Assembly (NCBI GenBank): GCA_023213395.1
Contig: CM041465.1
Span: 78,871,741 to 78,935,740, forward strand
DNA from: Cycas panzhihuaensis
Taxonomy: Eukaryota; Plantae; Cycadophyta
Length of the DNA stretch: 64,000 nt
Direction: 5' to 3'
Positions 51,740 through 64,000 of this stretch are shown in pieces (positions within the stretch are counted from its first letter, which is position 1; each line of letters opens with the position of its first letter). The notes under the pieces were generated by a model, which saw nothing but the letters and a program-made list of their open reading frames with translations, ran no database searches and was not told the DNA's origin. Made by a program: the position numbers and the translations under genes.

Positions 51740-54700
51740 AGCTTCAAGTGTTACTCAAGTGGAAAGATGGTCGCCATAAATATGCTTAATGCTTGTACCA
51801 TAAGGCTAATCGGGCAATCAAATTATCAAGAATGGAAAAGAATCACAAAAATCTCTTGATAATGAATGAGTTACGGGATATGTTTCTGGAAGAATCCCCA
51901 ATCCTACACTTGTGGTTAATGATAATCAACTTGCACCTGTGGATGTTCAAATTGTTGCTGCATGGGAGGCCAAAGACGAAATTGCCTTGGCTTTCATTCG
52001 TATGGTTGTGGACATACATGTAGACCAAAATATTATACGCACTATCTTCTAAAGAAGCATGGGACACCTTGTCCTCTTTGTATGAAAGGCGAGATGAAGC
52101 TCGCATTTTGATGATAAAAGCTAATTTGTACTCCATCAAATTTGTAAGGCCAATGTCGGCATTCATGTCCTCTGTTAAGGAGGTTTGTAATGAATTAACT
52201 ACTTTAGGTAGTCCAACTACAAGAGATGAAATCATAGCCTCCATCACAAAAGCATTGCCAAAGGACTACAACGGCTTTATATCATCAAATACACGAGATG
52301 GTTCACTAAAGGGGATGATACCAATCAACTTGAAAGCTTATTGCTTCAAGAAGAACAAATCTATGCTAAGGATAATGAAGAACCATCTACATCAGGTGCT
52401 TTCACAGCAAGGGCCAAGACAAATCAAAAATCCAAAGCGCATTCACAAAGCGGTTTGGAAATATGAACATTGGATCTTCCAAATCCAATGTCGTATGCCA
52501 TTATTGTGGCATTCCTGGCCACATTGCACCTGAGTGCAGAAAGAAGCAAGCAGATCTTCAAAGATAGCAATGACCACGGGGTCAAAGGCAATGACCACGT
52601 GGTCAAAGACAACGGCGACCTACGACATCAGTTTCAACAAAGGTTCCAACAGTCAAATCAGCAGCAGTTTCCCCCTCGACCAAATCGAGGTGCCTATCGA
52701 GGAGGTCCACAAGGAGGGGGGGGTCAAAGAAGTGGCTACCAACGCCATTATAATCAGTTTGCCAATGACGACAAACTACTTTGTGCATACCAATCATCCA
52801 AGGTTGACAACACTTGGATTGTCGATTCAGGAGCCACTCAACATATGACAGGGAGTGAAGAACTCCTATGCAACATCAAGGAAGGTAAAGGTCATTTAGT
52901 GACCTTTGGAAATGCTGAATCAATTGAGGTTTCAGGAATAGGCACCATAGCTCCTTTTCATTCTCCTCAAAATCCTTCCTCATCATTTCCCAAAGTTGAT
53001 GCCTACTTCATTCCTTCTATGGAGAAGAATCTGCTCTCTGTTAGCCAGATGAACAAGCAACACATGAGCATACTATTTAAAAATGGGAAATGTATTATTT
53101 GTGACAAAGATGATCAGATCATAGTTGTAGCCTATGAGGATCAAGGTCTTTACAAGTTGGATGCCAATAATATTACTCTTAATTCTGCTTACTTTGGTTC
53201 CACATCTTTGTCAAAAATTCAGTTATGGCATCAACGTCTAGGACATTTAAGCCTCTACAATCTGAAGCAGATGACATACAAACGCATGGTGTATGGGCTT
53301 CCAAAGATGTATGGTTCAAAATGTCTTTTGAAGCTTGCATAATGGGGACACAACATCGGCTGCCTTTTCCTAAAGGCAAAGCATGGCGTGCATCTTATCC
53401 TTTGCAATTAGTTCACTCAGACTTGTGTGGACCCATGTCCACCCACTCCTTTGGAGGAGCATTGTACTACATATCTTTTATTGATGACTTCTCTCACAAA
53501 GTTTGGGTCTACTTCCTAAAGCATAAATCAGAAGCCTTCTCCAAGTTCAAAGAGTTCAAGGCGAAGTAGAAAATGAATCGGCTACTCAATTGGCACATTA
53601 AGGTCGATAATGGAGGTGAATTCACTTCAAATGAATTCAACCAATTTTGCAAGGATAATGGAATTCGAGACAACTCACGACTCCTCATACTCCTCGGCAA
53701 AATGGAGTCTCGAAGGATGAATAGAACATTGGCTAATAAAGCCGAACAATGATGCATGCAAAAGGGCTTCCAAGAGCTTCTTGGGCAAGCATTTCTTACA
53801 AATGCCTATGTGGCCAATCAAAGTCCTACAAAGATCACCAATATCACACCCCGAGGAGGCATGGTGCGGAAAGAAGCCAACTATCACCATTTGAGGACAT
53901 TTGGGTGTCTGCGTATATGCACATACCGGATCAACAAAGAACTAAGTTGGACAAACATAGCCTTAAATGCATCTTTGTAGGATATGCAATCCATAGCAAA
54001 GCCTACAAGTTGTATGATCGATTGGGAGAAAAATGCATCTCTCAAGAGATGTAATCTTTGTTGAGGATGATAAAAAGAGTTGGATATGGCATCAATCCAA
54101 CCCCCATTGACAAAGGGAAAAGATTGTTGAGGACTTCCCTTCCCCTCAATCTTACACACCATGTTCTTCATCCGCACCTTCTATACCATCTACTTCATCT
54201 TCATTTGCTCCACTTGAACCTTCCACTTCATCTTCTGCTGCTCCTACACTTAGACCAGAAGATATTGAGGTTCATGCCACATCATTTCAGAAGTTACCTA
54301 AGTGGTACACTCAAACGGTACAGGATGGTCAAATCATTGAAGGAAAACGTCCATCAAAGTTTCGGCAGCAAACAAACTTTGCACTTATGGCTGAAGTGCT
54401 TTCTATTGATGAGCCTACTACCTTTTCAGAGGCTTCACAAAGTGATAGTTGGAAAGTTGCCATGGATGAGGAGATTCAATCCATTCACAAGAATGGTACT
54501 TGGGACTTGGTCGAATTGCCTCCACACAAACAGTAATCGGTTGTAAATGGGTCTACAAGACCAAATTCCATTCTGATGGGACACTCAAGCGACAGAAAGC
54601 TAGACTTGTAGCAAAGGGGTTTAAACAAAAAGAAGGAATTGATTACGAGGAGACCTTTGCACCTGCAGCAAACATGAACACCATCAGACTTCTCTTGGCC

Positions 54701-55912
54701 TTAGCTGCACAATGCAAATGGGCGTATATCGGATGGACGTGAAGAGCGCCTTCCTCAGCGATCTTCAAGAGGAGGTATACTTGGAGCAACCTCCTGGTTA
54801 CAAGGAACAAGGCAAGGAGCATTTAGTATGTCGCCTCAAGAAGGCTTTGTATGGCTTGAAGCAAGCTCCTAGGGCATGGTATGCAAAAATCGATGAATAC
54901 TTTCGAGACATGGGTTTCATCGATCCACATCGATCCAAACTTGTACATCAAACATGAACATCACCATGTCACTTATATTGCCTTGTATGTAGATGACTTA
55001 GTGATCCAGGTGATGACACTAAGCTCATCAATGTTCTCCAAGATGATTTGAAGAGAAGTTTTGAGATGATTGATCTTGGACTTCTCCATTACTTTCTAGG
55101 CTTTGAGGTATGGCGTGACGGGCTATATCTTCATTTCCCAAGCAAAATATTCTTGGGACATCTTGCAGAGATTTAGGATGCACGATCGCAAGGCAGCCTA
55201 CACCCATGGAGAACGGCACCAAGCTTTCTCTTAATGAGGAAGTCGAACCGTGAATCCCACACTTTACCGTGATTGATTGGGAGTCTCATTTATCTCACCA
55301 ACACTCGGCCGGATATTTCATTTCTTTGTTGGGATTTGCTCACGTTACATGTCTCAACCCAATCGGATACCTTTGGAATGCGACAAAGCATACTCAAGTA
55401 TATCAAAGGAACATTGCGGCTTGGACTTGAGTATGTACATGAGGAGAACTTCGCTTAGGAGGGTTCTCGATTACGATTAGGCGGGATGCGGGATAGCAGG
55501 AAATCTACCTCGGGTTACTGTTTTACCCTTGGTTCAGCAGCTGTTTCATGGAGTTGCAAGAAGCAACCAAATGTTACCTTGTCTTCCACTGAAGCAGAAT
55601 ACAAAGCTGCAGTCAGCGCAGCTTGTGAGGCTATCTGGCCGGCCAGATTCTTGGTGAGCTTGGATTTCGTGAAGCATGACCGGCCTTCATTGTGACAATC
55701 AGAGTGTCCTCAAGCTAACTAAGAATCCTGTTTTCCACGCACGGACCAAGCATATTGAAGTTCACCACCATTTCATCAGGGAGCATGTACACAGTGGTGA
55801 GATCACACTTCAATATCGACCAACGGAGCAACAGACGGCAGATATCTTTACCAAGCCACTTGGTAGAGACAAATTTGTAAAATTTAGAGATGGTCTTCGT
55901 GTCCAGGCTTAA
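51740..55912 (+). pseudogene. Copia I gag-PR-INT-RT-RH polyprotein, frameshifted as assembled
   Basis: CHYCGIPGHIAPEC; WIVDSGATQHMT; LWHQRLGHLS; LVHSDLCGPM; [10 protein letters not shown]; [11 protein letters not shown]; YVDDL; CDNQS..RTKHIEV..ADIFTKPL. Confidence 0.9.
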
Positions 55913-55932
55913 CATTGTAAGCGATGAGGGGG

Positions 55933-56509
55933 TGTTAAACCTTATGTTTAAATGTTAAGTGAATGTACTTTTATTTTTCATGTAATATATGCACTTTTAC
56001 TTTAGGGTGACTTATCACTTAAGTGATAAAGTGCACACCACATTCTTTCTAGTGACACAACGTTGTCACTAAAGGGTCAATGGACCCTCATGCACCTTTT
56101 TTGAGTAATCCAAGTGATGTATCTTGGATGTTTGACACTTGTCAAACATCCAAGGCCTTAGGTGAGGATCCAAGCACTTTTGCTCATGATCCAAGTTATG
56201 TATCTTGGATGTTTGACACTTGTCAAACATCCAAGGCCTTAGGTCTCTCATTTCACTCTATATAAAGAGACCTCTCCTCATTGTCTCATTAGGAGAGTTG
56301 GAGTTGTATTGTTATGCTATCAGTTTGCTAATCAAGCTGTTTTCTTCTTGGGAGGTTGGACCAATTCCAACTCCACATATTGGGTATCATTTTCTCTTGC
56401 TCCTATTTCAGTTTGTGCTCTTTATGCTTTCATGCTTTCATGCATTTATAGTATTGTGATTGTACTTATGATCTTGGGATTAATGTGGCCTAATGCCCAT
56501 TTTTCAACA
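55933..56509 (+). repeat. 3' LTR of Copia I, with several palindromes and a TATA box at about 56259
   Basis: TGTT...AACA ends; follows the PPT; TATATAAA motif. Confidence 0.9.
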
Positions 56510-57155
56510 TATCTCCTTAAAGAAGTGTTGTGTGAATATTAGCCAACTAGTTATACCTAGTTATGGTAGAAATTTATATGATATTTCCTAAGCATGTCCC
56601 TTGGATTCTATTTGACTCCTACAAAGTTTGTTTCTAGGATTTAAGGACCATTCATACAAGCTTAGCATTGGTTATTTTATTTAGCAATCTTGGTTAACCA
56701 GGTAAACCAACTAACCCCAGACCTATTGGTACAATCTTTAATCCTTCTTATCAATTTTCTTTGACCTTGGACAAGTCACCTTGGTTAAACCATTACTTCA
56801 TATTTTCTATTGAAAACCACAACAACTCTATGGCAAGTATAAACTAGTTAGGCTTTGCAACAAATATAAACTAATTGATACTCTGCAATGAATATAAACT
56901 AGGTAAACACCCCCAAATGAATTGCTTGGGGGCATTTCTTTCAAATACAAATAAACCACTCATGTTTTTAACTATGCAGAAACAAAACAATTATGGTCAA
57001 ATGCATTAGTTGCTTGCTATTAATTCCACTCTACAAAAGATAACCAAATTCATAGAACAGTCATTTGCTTTCATTAATTACTACAGCTCTACAATGATTG
57101 AAAACTAAGTTGAACTCTCGAAAAAACACCTATGGAATGTCTCTAGAATGAGAAT

Positions 57156-58771
57156 TGTTGATGTTAATTTTTATTTATGGCTCATAACTGAGGTTATAAT
57201 CCTCCCCTTAAAGTTTTGTATATTATTAAATTTTAATGTGAATGATAAGTCATCAGGAGTTACAACTCTCACATCACGTGTCACATAAGTAGGAATTAGA
57301 TTCCATTTGAAATTTGTATATATGCACATGTTGTGTATTGTTATTTTTTAATGAGAGATGATATTACTTTGAGATTTTATTAATAATATGAAGAGAATGT
57401 TCATGTTAATTTAATAACTAATCCTATAATGTTAGGTCTCCATTCTTGTTAGATAGAATATTTAACAGCTCACATGGTATCAAAGCTAGTTTGATAGTGT
57501 TGTTCAATGTTGTAGTGTTGTGTAGGAAATTGATGAACTCGTATTTTTACCAGGTTAAAAATGATATGTGAGCTTGCAAGTTATTGGTGTTAGTGCAAAG
57601 GTGCTCCCCTATGATGGTTGTTTTCAAACATTATTGTTTGAATACTGTTGAGCAAACAAAAGTAGTTATAATATCCAAAGGGGAGCAACCATTCATAAGC
57701 TATAGATGCTTGTTGGTTAAATTTTAGTGGTATTCACATTTCTGAGTTGCGTTGAGTTTGTAAAAATCCATTTAGTGAGCTATTTTACTCAGAGAAGGTC
57801 GCATGGCCTTACAAAGTTTTCCAAGTGATTTTCTCTCATTTTAAGCTGAATAGAGGATAGGTTTGGGATAATATCACTTACAAAGGATGGTGAAAACATT
57901 TTTAATGAGATCCGACATCAATACGAAGCGAATTTGAACAAAACAAAGGAGAAATTGTGGTGAAAAAGAGTGAAAAATCACCTAGACATTGTCCAATTGA
58001 CCTATGTTCAACATATCTCACATGCAAATGAATTGTAGAGTAGACACATGCCCATGCAAGATGCAGTAGCAAAAAGTAGAGTCAAAATTGATCTCTAGAG
58101 GTAAAATTTGGCTTACAGAGCAAAAAGGTGATTGTAGGAGGGAGACGACCATTTTTGCGTGTACAATAATGAAAGATGGAATGAAACACTTGACAATGAC
58201 TTGTCATTCTGATCGTTGACAGTTTGATAGTCCAATGACAGGGTTATTTTTGAAAAAAATGCCTTCGTTTGTCAAAAAGAGCATTTTTTGTGGAGGAATC
58301 TAATGCCATTCATGCCAAAAAGTGGAATATTTCATTTTTCATTGAGAATATTCACAACAAAACTTTGGGTAAGAAATATTTTATATTTTCTAAAGTTTAA
58401 GTGAAATTAAATTGGATTGGGTTTTCATTTGGAGTCTGGTTCGAAGCCCCCTACCTGCCAACCCCCGGTCATGTGGTGTTTTGGGTGCCAAAGGCATTTC
58501 TGGACCATCTGAAATCATATTTCAGAAAATAAATATAGCACGACACATGATTTTTTGAGATCTACGATATGGTAGTGGTCATATGCCGTAATTCAAAGCA
58601 AAATATTGGTGAAAAATCAATTTTTTATGTTTTTTATCATATCCTAGCAATGTGTGAGTAAACCAAGGCAACAAAAGTGATCATACTGACTACTTGCATG
58701 TAGCTTGATGTTATTTATAACTTTTTTATTTTTATTTTTATGCTTGCTTAATTGTTTTTTAATTATTTTAT
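57156..58771 (+). mobile_element. Partial LTR element J (candidate 5' LTR, PBS and leader)
   Basis: A TGTTG start interrupts a unit of the H 3' UTR repeat; ...CA followed by PBS TGGTATCAAAGC at 57475. No partner LTR is visible. Confidence 0.5.
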
Positions 58772-61532
58772 TGTTGGAAAATTAAAACATTAGAGATATA
58801 TTGCTAATGCACATTTATCTGTGAAACACTCTCATAAAGTGGGCCCCACACCAAAGACAAAATATTACTATATAAAGACATCAATGGTACATGAGAGATC
58901 ATATTGTATAACATTTAGTAGAGCTATTGTGTAGTATGCATTATTTTGAAAAATCAAAAAATGAGGGTATCCCATGATACCATTTATGATCCTGGTATTC
59001 TTGTGATATTTCTGTCCTATTATTTTCTTCATTGATTTCTATCATGGTATCAGTGTGATTTTGTATTTCTAATATGGAATCAAAGCTAAGGTGAAGAAAA
59101 AGGGTTTCCCAATTAAAATTTTGCTACAAGTTTGCTAGATCAATCACCAGTTAAGAAGTTCGTGCGAGGCCATTGTGAAAATGAAACCCCATTCGCAAAG
59201 GTTGTTCGACCCCATTTGCTCCCATTTTGTATATACACCAATTCTGTTCGAAAAACTATTCTAGTTTGTTTCAAGCATTCGTTTGAGTCTGCCTTCGTGC
59301 ATGCCTCTGCTAGTTGCCTACTTAAGCACTATTCCACCGTTTAACTATTCCAACACTCCATAGAATAAATTGCGTGAATGCCCTATTGCCATTTGATGTC
59401 CACATTGAAGACCATCCTGTGTGAAGAGTGACATCCGACCTCCTGCTCCTAGCGCCCTGTTTCCCTACGTGTGCAACTATTATTTCATGATTTTCGTGTA
59501 TACTCTTTTTGATTTTCCTTGATTTGAGCACCTGCATGGAGCAAGATCCCTTACAATTGATACCCAACCCATTAATGCCACCCCCATCATTATCATTGCA
59601 CATTTAGCTGCCATTGTAAGCTTGGAGGCCTCCATTGTCAATTAATGCAGATATTCTCAAAGTTGATCTGCATAGAGCAAAAAGCCTCTGATTCTAGTGA
59701 CCCGCCTACGTGGTTCACAGTGTCTTCTTTAGAGCTTTTGCTCCTGCACCAAGTGACATCTTCCTGTGGTCTCTATTCCGTTGACTAGTGTCATTTTTAG
59801 ATGAAATCCAAACTTTTTCCTCCCATTGAGCTCATAGACATGACATCTAAGGAATTTCTGAAGAACTCCATTGATTTCGAGTAGCATCCATTGATTTAGG
59901 TGAGGAATTTATATGATTTTGTAGAAAAGAATTGCTCACCATTGACTATTCATTACCAATTAAATAGTGCATAGGTTGATTAATATCGACTTTGGCAATA
60001 TATTTTCTTCAAAATTTTTGATAAATTAAACTAGATTGAAATATGATTTGAGGTATACTAACCCTTAGTGGATAAGCACCTGGTCATGTGCAACCTCAAC
60101 ATGACTAGTCGCCAGCTAATGGAAGGGGCTAAATACCCTTGTTAATTTAGTTTTTTGTTCATAAGAAGGTCATTGAACCGTCTAAACCAAGGGAATCTTG
60201 ATTTAGAGGACTTCTGTTTGAACTATGATTTGAGATATTATGATGCTATCTTTATAAAGAAATTTTACTTCAAAATTGATGTATTTGTTTGGAGCCATGG
60301 AAGAAAAATTTTATACTAGATGACATATTGAGTATGATGAACTGATGTGCTTATTTGAAACTATATATGGATGAATTCCTACATCTATTTTGATTGATTT
60401 CATTAGTACAATGGATTTTTTTCATTTGGTTCTTGTGGTTCCTAAATATAATGGGAAAAATCACTTTATATGAAGAATAAAACCTATTCTAGAAGATAAA
60501 CAATTATGGAAAATTGCTATTGAAGGATACAAAGCACCAAAACCAATTTATCCTGAAGTTGAATTATCACCTTCTCAAGAACAAGAATTATTTGATCTGT
60601 TAGAAAAAGATGTAGAAGCACTCAATTACATCTTCTCTACTTTGGAAAGGAATATATACTTACAGGTATATCATGTTCCTACTGTAAAAGAAGCATGGGA
60701 TATGTTGAAGTCAATATATTGTATAGAAGTCAAGCTAGTTGAAAAGCCAATAATTGTAGAAGACAAGTTTGAAAAGGTTGACATCATATTTGATCATTGT
60801 AGAAGACCAAAGCCTCAAGAGAATGTTACAGATTATAGTCCAAAAAGAAAAGGTGTGTTAGAAACCTAAAGAAAAGGTATGTCACAACATGGAGATAATT
60901 GATAAAGTTGATGAATTTGTCATTGTTGAATGCACAACTAAATCCACTACTATTGAGATTACTCCCATTGAAAATGTTGAATATGAAGTTGTCACTAAAG
61001 AAGATGTTATAAAAGAATCAAGTGATAACTCTAATTGTTCAATTGATGAGAACAATTTGCAAGTTAAAGAAATCAAATAAATTGAGATTGAGTCCAATCC
61101 AAGAGACTTTCCTATGATCCATGGTGATCAAGATGAAACAGAAAGAGAAGTTGAAATAGATGTTCCTCAACAATTTAATTGATAGAGATACTTGAAGACC
61201 TACAACAAATAATTTACTAGATTGCATTTATAGAGATTCAATATATTGAACCAGACATTCAATATGATTTTGAGATCGTTACACAACAGATGAAGAACCC
61301 AATATTACAAGACAGAATGAAGCATATTGACATCAAGCTTCGTCACTACAATCAAGAGTTGAAACAACAAAGACAAGTTAAAGATCAAGATCCAATTCAA
61401 GACAAAGTACCAGATATTATCTTCAAGAAATTTCAAAGAATTAATCATCGGAAATTCAAATGAATATTGATGTACCAAAATGTGCATTAAGGGAGAGTGT
61501 TGGAATATTAAAATATTAGAGATATATTGCTA
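58772..61532 (+). mobile_element. Mini Copia-derived element K (same architecture as D), 3' LTR truncated
   Basis: 5' LTR 58772-59044; PBS TGGTATCAG at 59045; PPT AAGGGAGAG before 61498; only about 35 bp of the 3' LTR (61498-61532) match the 5' LTR. Confidence 0.8.
60420..61463 (+). pseudogene. Element K ORF: Gag N-terminus + acidic linker + RNase H tail
   Basis: VPKYNGKNHF..QLWKIAIEGY..VKEAWDMLKSIY; acidic middle; tail PDIQYDFEIVTQQMKNPILQDRMKHIDIKLRHY..PDIIFKKF. Confidence 0.78.
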
Positions 61533-62920
61533 TTTCCTGACTTTCGGGAATGACATCGACACTTCAACATATAGGTGAGTATAGGTATGTTTCACTACTC
61601 TCTACACCGCGTTGGTTTATTATATCTTGATCTTAGATAGTGGATGTGTGTCTCTATTTGCTTGTTTTGCATGATTGCCCATGTATGTTTACAATAGATG
61701 ACAAGTATGACTTTGGTCGATGGCGATTAGTCCACCCATCAGGCTACTAAAGTGAGAATAGGTGTTCATCCTCTTTGCAGCATTCCCTTTTCCTTATTTT
61801 GATCCACTGAGTTTGTCATTTTTCATTATTTGTCACTTGGTCTTGACTATGTTTGCACCTAAGCCTTAGCATTGATGAGTTTTTGGTTGATTTTTAGAAA
61901 ATTTTCACTGAAAAATTAGAATTGTTGCCAAGTTGTTTCCTATTTTGTTTGTAACAGTGGTACCACAAAGAATTTCATAGTACCGCAAATGATTTCGTGG
62001 TACTGTAAATATATTCATGGTACAACTATCACTTAGCTAGATTCAGGTTTGTCGGTGGCAATCGGCTCATAAATGCTTGTCTGGGAGCCTTGGGCGGCTC
62101 GTGTTGGCCCTAGGTTGGCTCCTGTCGTGTTTGGGTGGCCCAAGAGGTGCATTTTCACCCAAATTTGAGGATCTCTATGTAGTTTTGGTCTAAATCCATG
62201 AGAAAGACTCGTGGATTTGTCCTATGGTTTTCTCCCACATTGTGGGCAGAAAACCACCTTCCCTACCCTTCACTTCATTTATAAATCTCCCCAATTTTCC
62301 ATGGGAAAGGGAAAGATCGAGTTTAGTTATACACTACATCATTATGTTGCTAAAATTCTATGAGAATTAGGCAACTTTGATCCATACTCCATCATTTGCT
62401 CATTGTATCCTTGGAAACAACCTTCCAAATAGTATTGGAGACCCTTTGAGAGGAGTATTAGTAGCCATTGGCCATCTCCATCCTTTTGAGACAAGGTAAT
62501 CCTTTCTCTTTTGCTCTGGTGATCTTGTTTCTTAGTTGTTTCATCTTCTTGCATGATATGTTTCTTGCTATTTGATAGGGTATTTATTGTTTGATAGCAT
62601 GTCCCTTTAGACACCCTCTCCTTCTTCCCTTTTTCGCTCGTTGTTCCATTGGTCCAAGAGATTGTTGCAAGGGGGAGGTAGCACCCAAGTACAACTTGGG
62701 AAGTCTACCATATTTGGAGGATGTAAGCCAATTTGAGGTTCCCTTCCCTCCTTGTTTCCTAGATTGGATTGCATATTTTCTTGTTGATTCTTAACACTAG
62801 CATGTATAGGAGATATGGTATGCATATGGCTTCACTTGCATATTAGTGGTTGCTTGTAGGTATGGTCTCTTGCTTTCTTGTAGGAAAGAGGAGACCAAGT
62901 CACCATTCTTCCATCGACTA

Positions 62921-64000
62921 TGTTGAAAAACAAAATGACAGAAATAATATTCACAAAAAAATAAAATAAAACACCACCAGGATCGTAATGGTACCCTTAA
63001 GGTACCCAAAATTGTATTAACACCATAATAATATTCTTACATTAGATATTTGATATGATACATTAGATGTGTATTTATAATACACAATACAAAATACCAA
63101 CATCCTAATAATATAATTGCACAAAAATGTGCATTACTATTATGCCTCAGGAAATGTGAACCAAGCAATTTCAACACTCCCCCTTAATGTACATTTGGGT
63201 CATTTGTATTTGCAATAACTTGTCCTTGGAAATATCTTGTAGATAATGTCTACAATCCTGTAGTGATATCTTTGTTGTAGAATGATGTCTTCAGCTTGAT
63301 TTTCATTTTCAATCCTATAGTGATGTCTTTGCTGCAACAACTCTAGCAAGCACAAATCTTGATTCTTCATCATGGATGGTCTAATCTGATTTTGACGTAG
63401 ATTTTGTAAGTAATCGTCTTCAAATACAACCTATTTGTCATCAATATCCTGTATCAATTCTCGATCAACATATCCAACAATGATTTCTTCAACCTTTGGA
63501 GCAAAATCTTCATCAATTTGTATATTCTTTGAAGTTGAATCAATTCTCAAAACAGGAACATCATTTAAACTTGAATCAATAAATAGAAATAAATCACCAG
63601 ACTCATCTTCAATAGGACCATCAGATTCATATTCAATTTCCTTTGAAATAATAGTATCATCTAAATAAACTTCTATCTGTTCATCACTCTCAACATCTTC
63701 AATAGTAGTAGTAGTCCCATTAATACTCATACATTCTTCATCTTGATATACTGTTTCATCAGTGTCGATAGGACTTTCTTCATTCGTTTTACCTGTATCA
63801 TAATCATCACTAATCTTGTTTGCATTTTCAATAATTTGTTGTATCTCTTCAGGAGTTTGTTCAAATACATTCTTCAAAAAATTCCAAGCTTCCTTGACAA
63901 TACTAGCATAATGAACCTTAGGAATGACAAAATGATATGCTGAAGCAAGATCAACCTTATCTAATGCAGCAAGAATCATGATAATTGCCTCTTTGTTTTT
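62921..64000 (-). mobile_element. Mini Copia-derived element L (close relative of D), 3' part, running off the window
   Basis: 3' LTR 62921-63176 with the same GGTACC dyad as D; PPT AAGGGGGAG at 63177-63185; the ORF is homologous to that of D. Confidence 0.88.
63200..64000 (-). pseudogene. Element L ORF (Gag-N, acidic linker, RH tail) in a single frame with one internal TAG
   Basis: ..VKEAWNFLKNVFEQTPEE..IEYESDGPIEDES..DDK*VVFEDDYLQNLRQNQIRPSMMKNQDLCLLELLQQRHHYRIENENQAEDIILQQRYHYRIVDIIYKIFPRTSYCKYK*. Confidence 0.82.

Larger units (their letters stand above)
49805..56509 (+). mobile_element. Relatively young Ty1/Copia LTR retrotransposon (element I) with a severely shortened 5' LTR
   Basis: 5' LTR remnant 49805-49860 (first 44 bp identical to the 3' LTR); PBS TGGTATCAGAGCC at 49861; PPT GAGGGGG before the 3' LTR 55933-56509; shared flank TATC on both sides. 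Confidence 0.92.
43259..57155 (+). mobile_element. Old non-chromovirus Gypsy (Tat/Athila-like) element H, LTRs not resolved, interrupted by Copia I
   Basis: Gag (about 44700-45120), PR MDTGSSIN (about 45265), RT (VYLDDML), RH (YSMVEKECLALLFA..LLQEFDL), INT (PFSQWGLDLIG..KYFTKWSEA) ending about 48810. The repeat-rich 3' UTR resumes after 56509. Both ends are approximate. Confidence 0.75.

Overview
This is eukaryotic, AT-rich DNA with heavy C-to-T decay, almost certainly from a large-genome land plant; a gymnosperm is likely but that is inference. No intact host gene, rRNA, tRNA or CRISPR array is supported. The window is a mosaic of nested retroelements. (1) A four-level nest at 0.7-17 kb: an old non-chromovirus Gypsy contains a chromovirus (1303-12829), which contains a non-coding LTR element (3723-9385), which contains a three-LTR mini-Copia (4420-7652). 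(2) A decayed Copia (18814-25459) carrying a probable solo LTR. (3) A full-length L1 LINE with RNase H and an 18-bp TSD (28291-34569). (4) A short non-autonomous chromovirus derivative (34864-43253) hosting a near-complete chromovirus (36324-42058). (5) A Tat/Athila-like Gypsy (about 43.3-57.1 kb) whose repeat-rich 3' UTR carries a young Copia (49805-56509) and further insertions. The most notable signal is three diverged copies of a small Copia-derived element (about 3 kb where both ends are visible). Its single ORF fuses the Gag N-terminus, a long acidic linker and a degenerate, partly tandem-repeated RNase H C-terminal tail. One copy has an extra foreign LTR joined by TGGC. All boundaries and alignments were read by eye.
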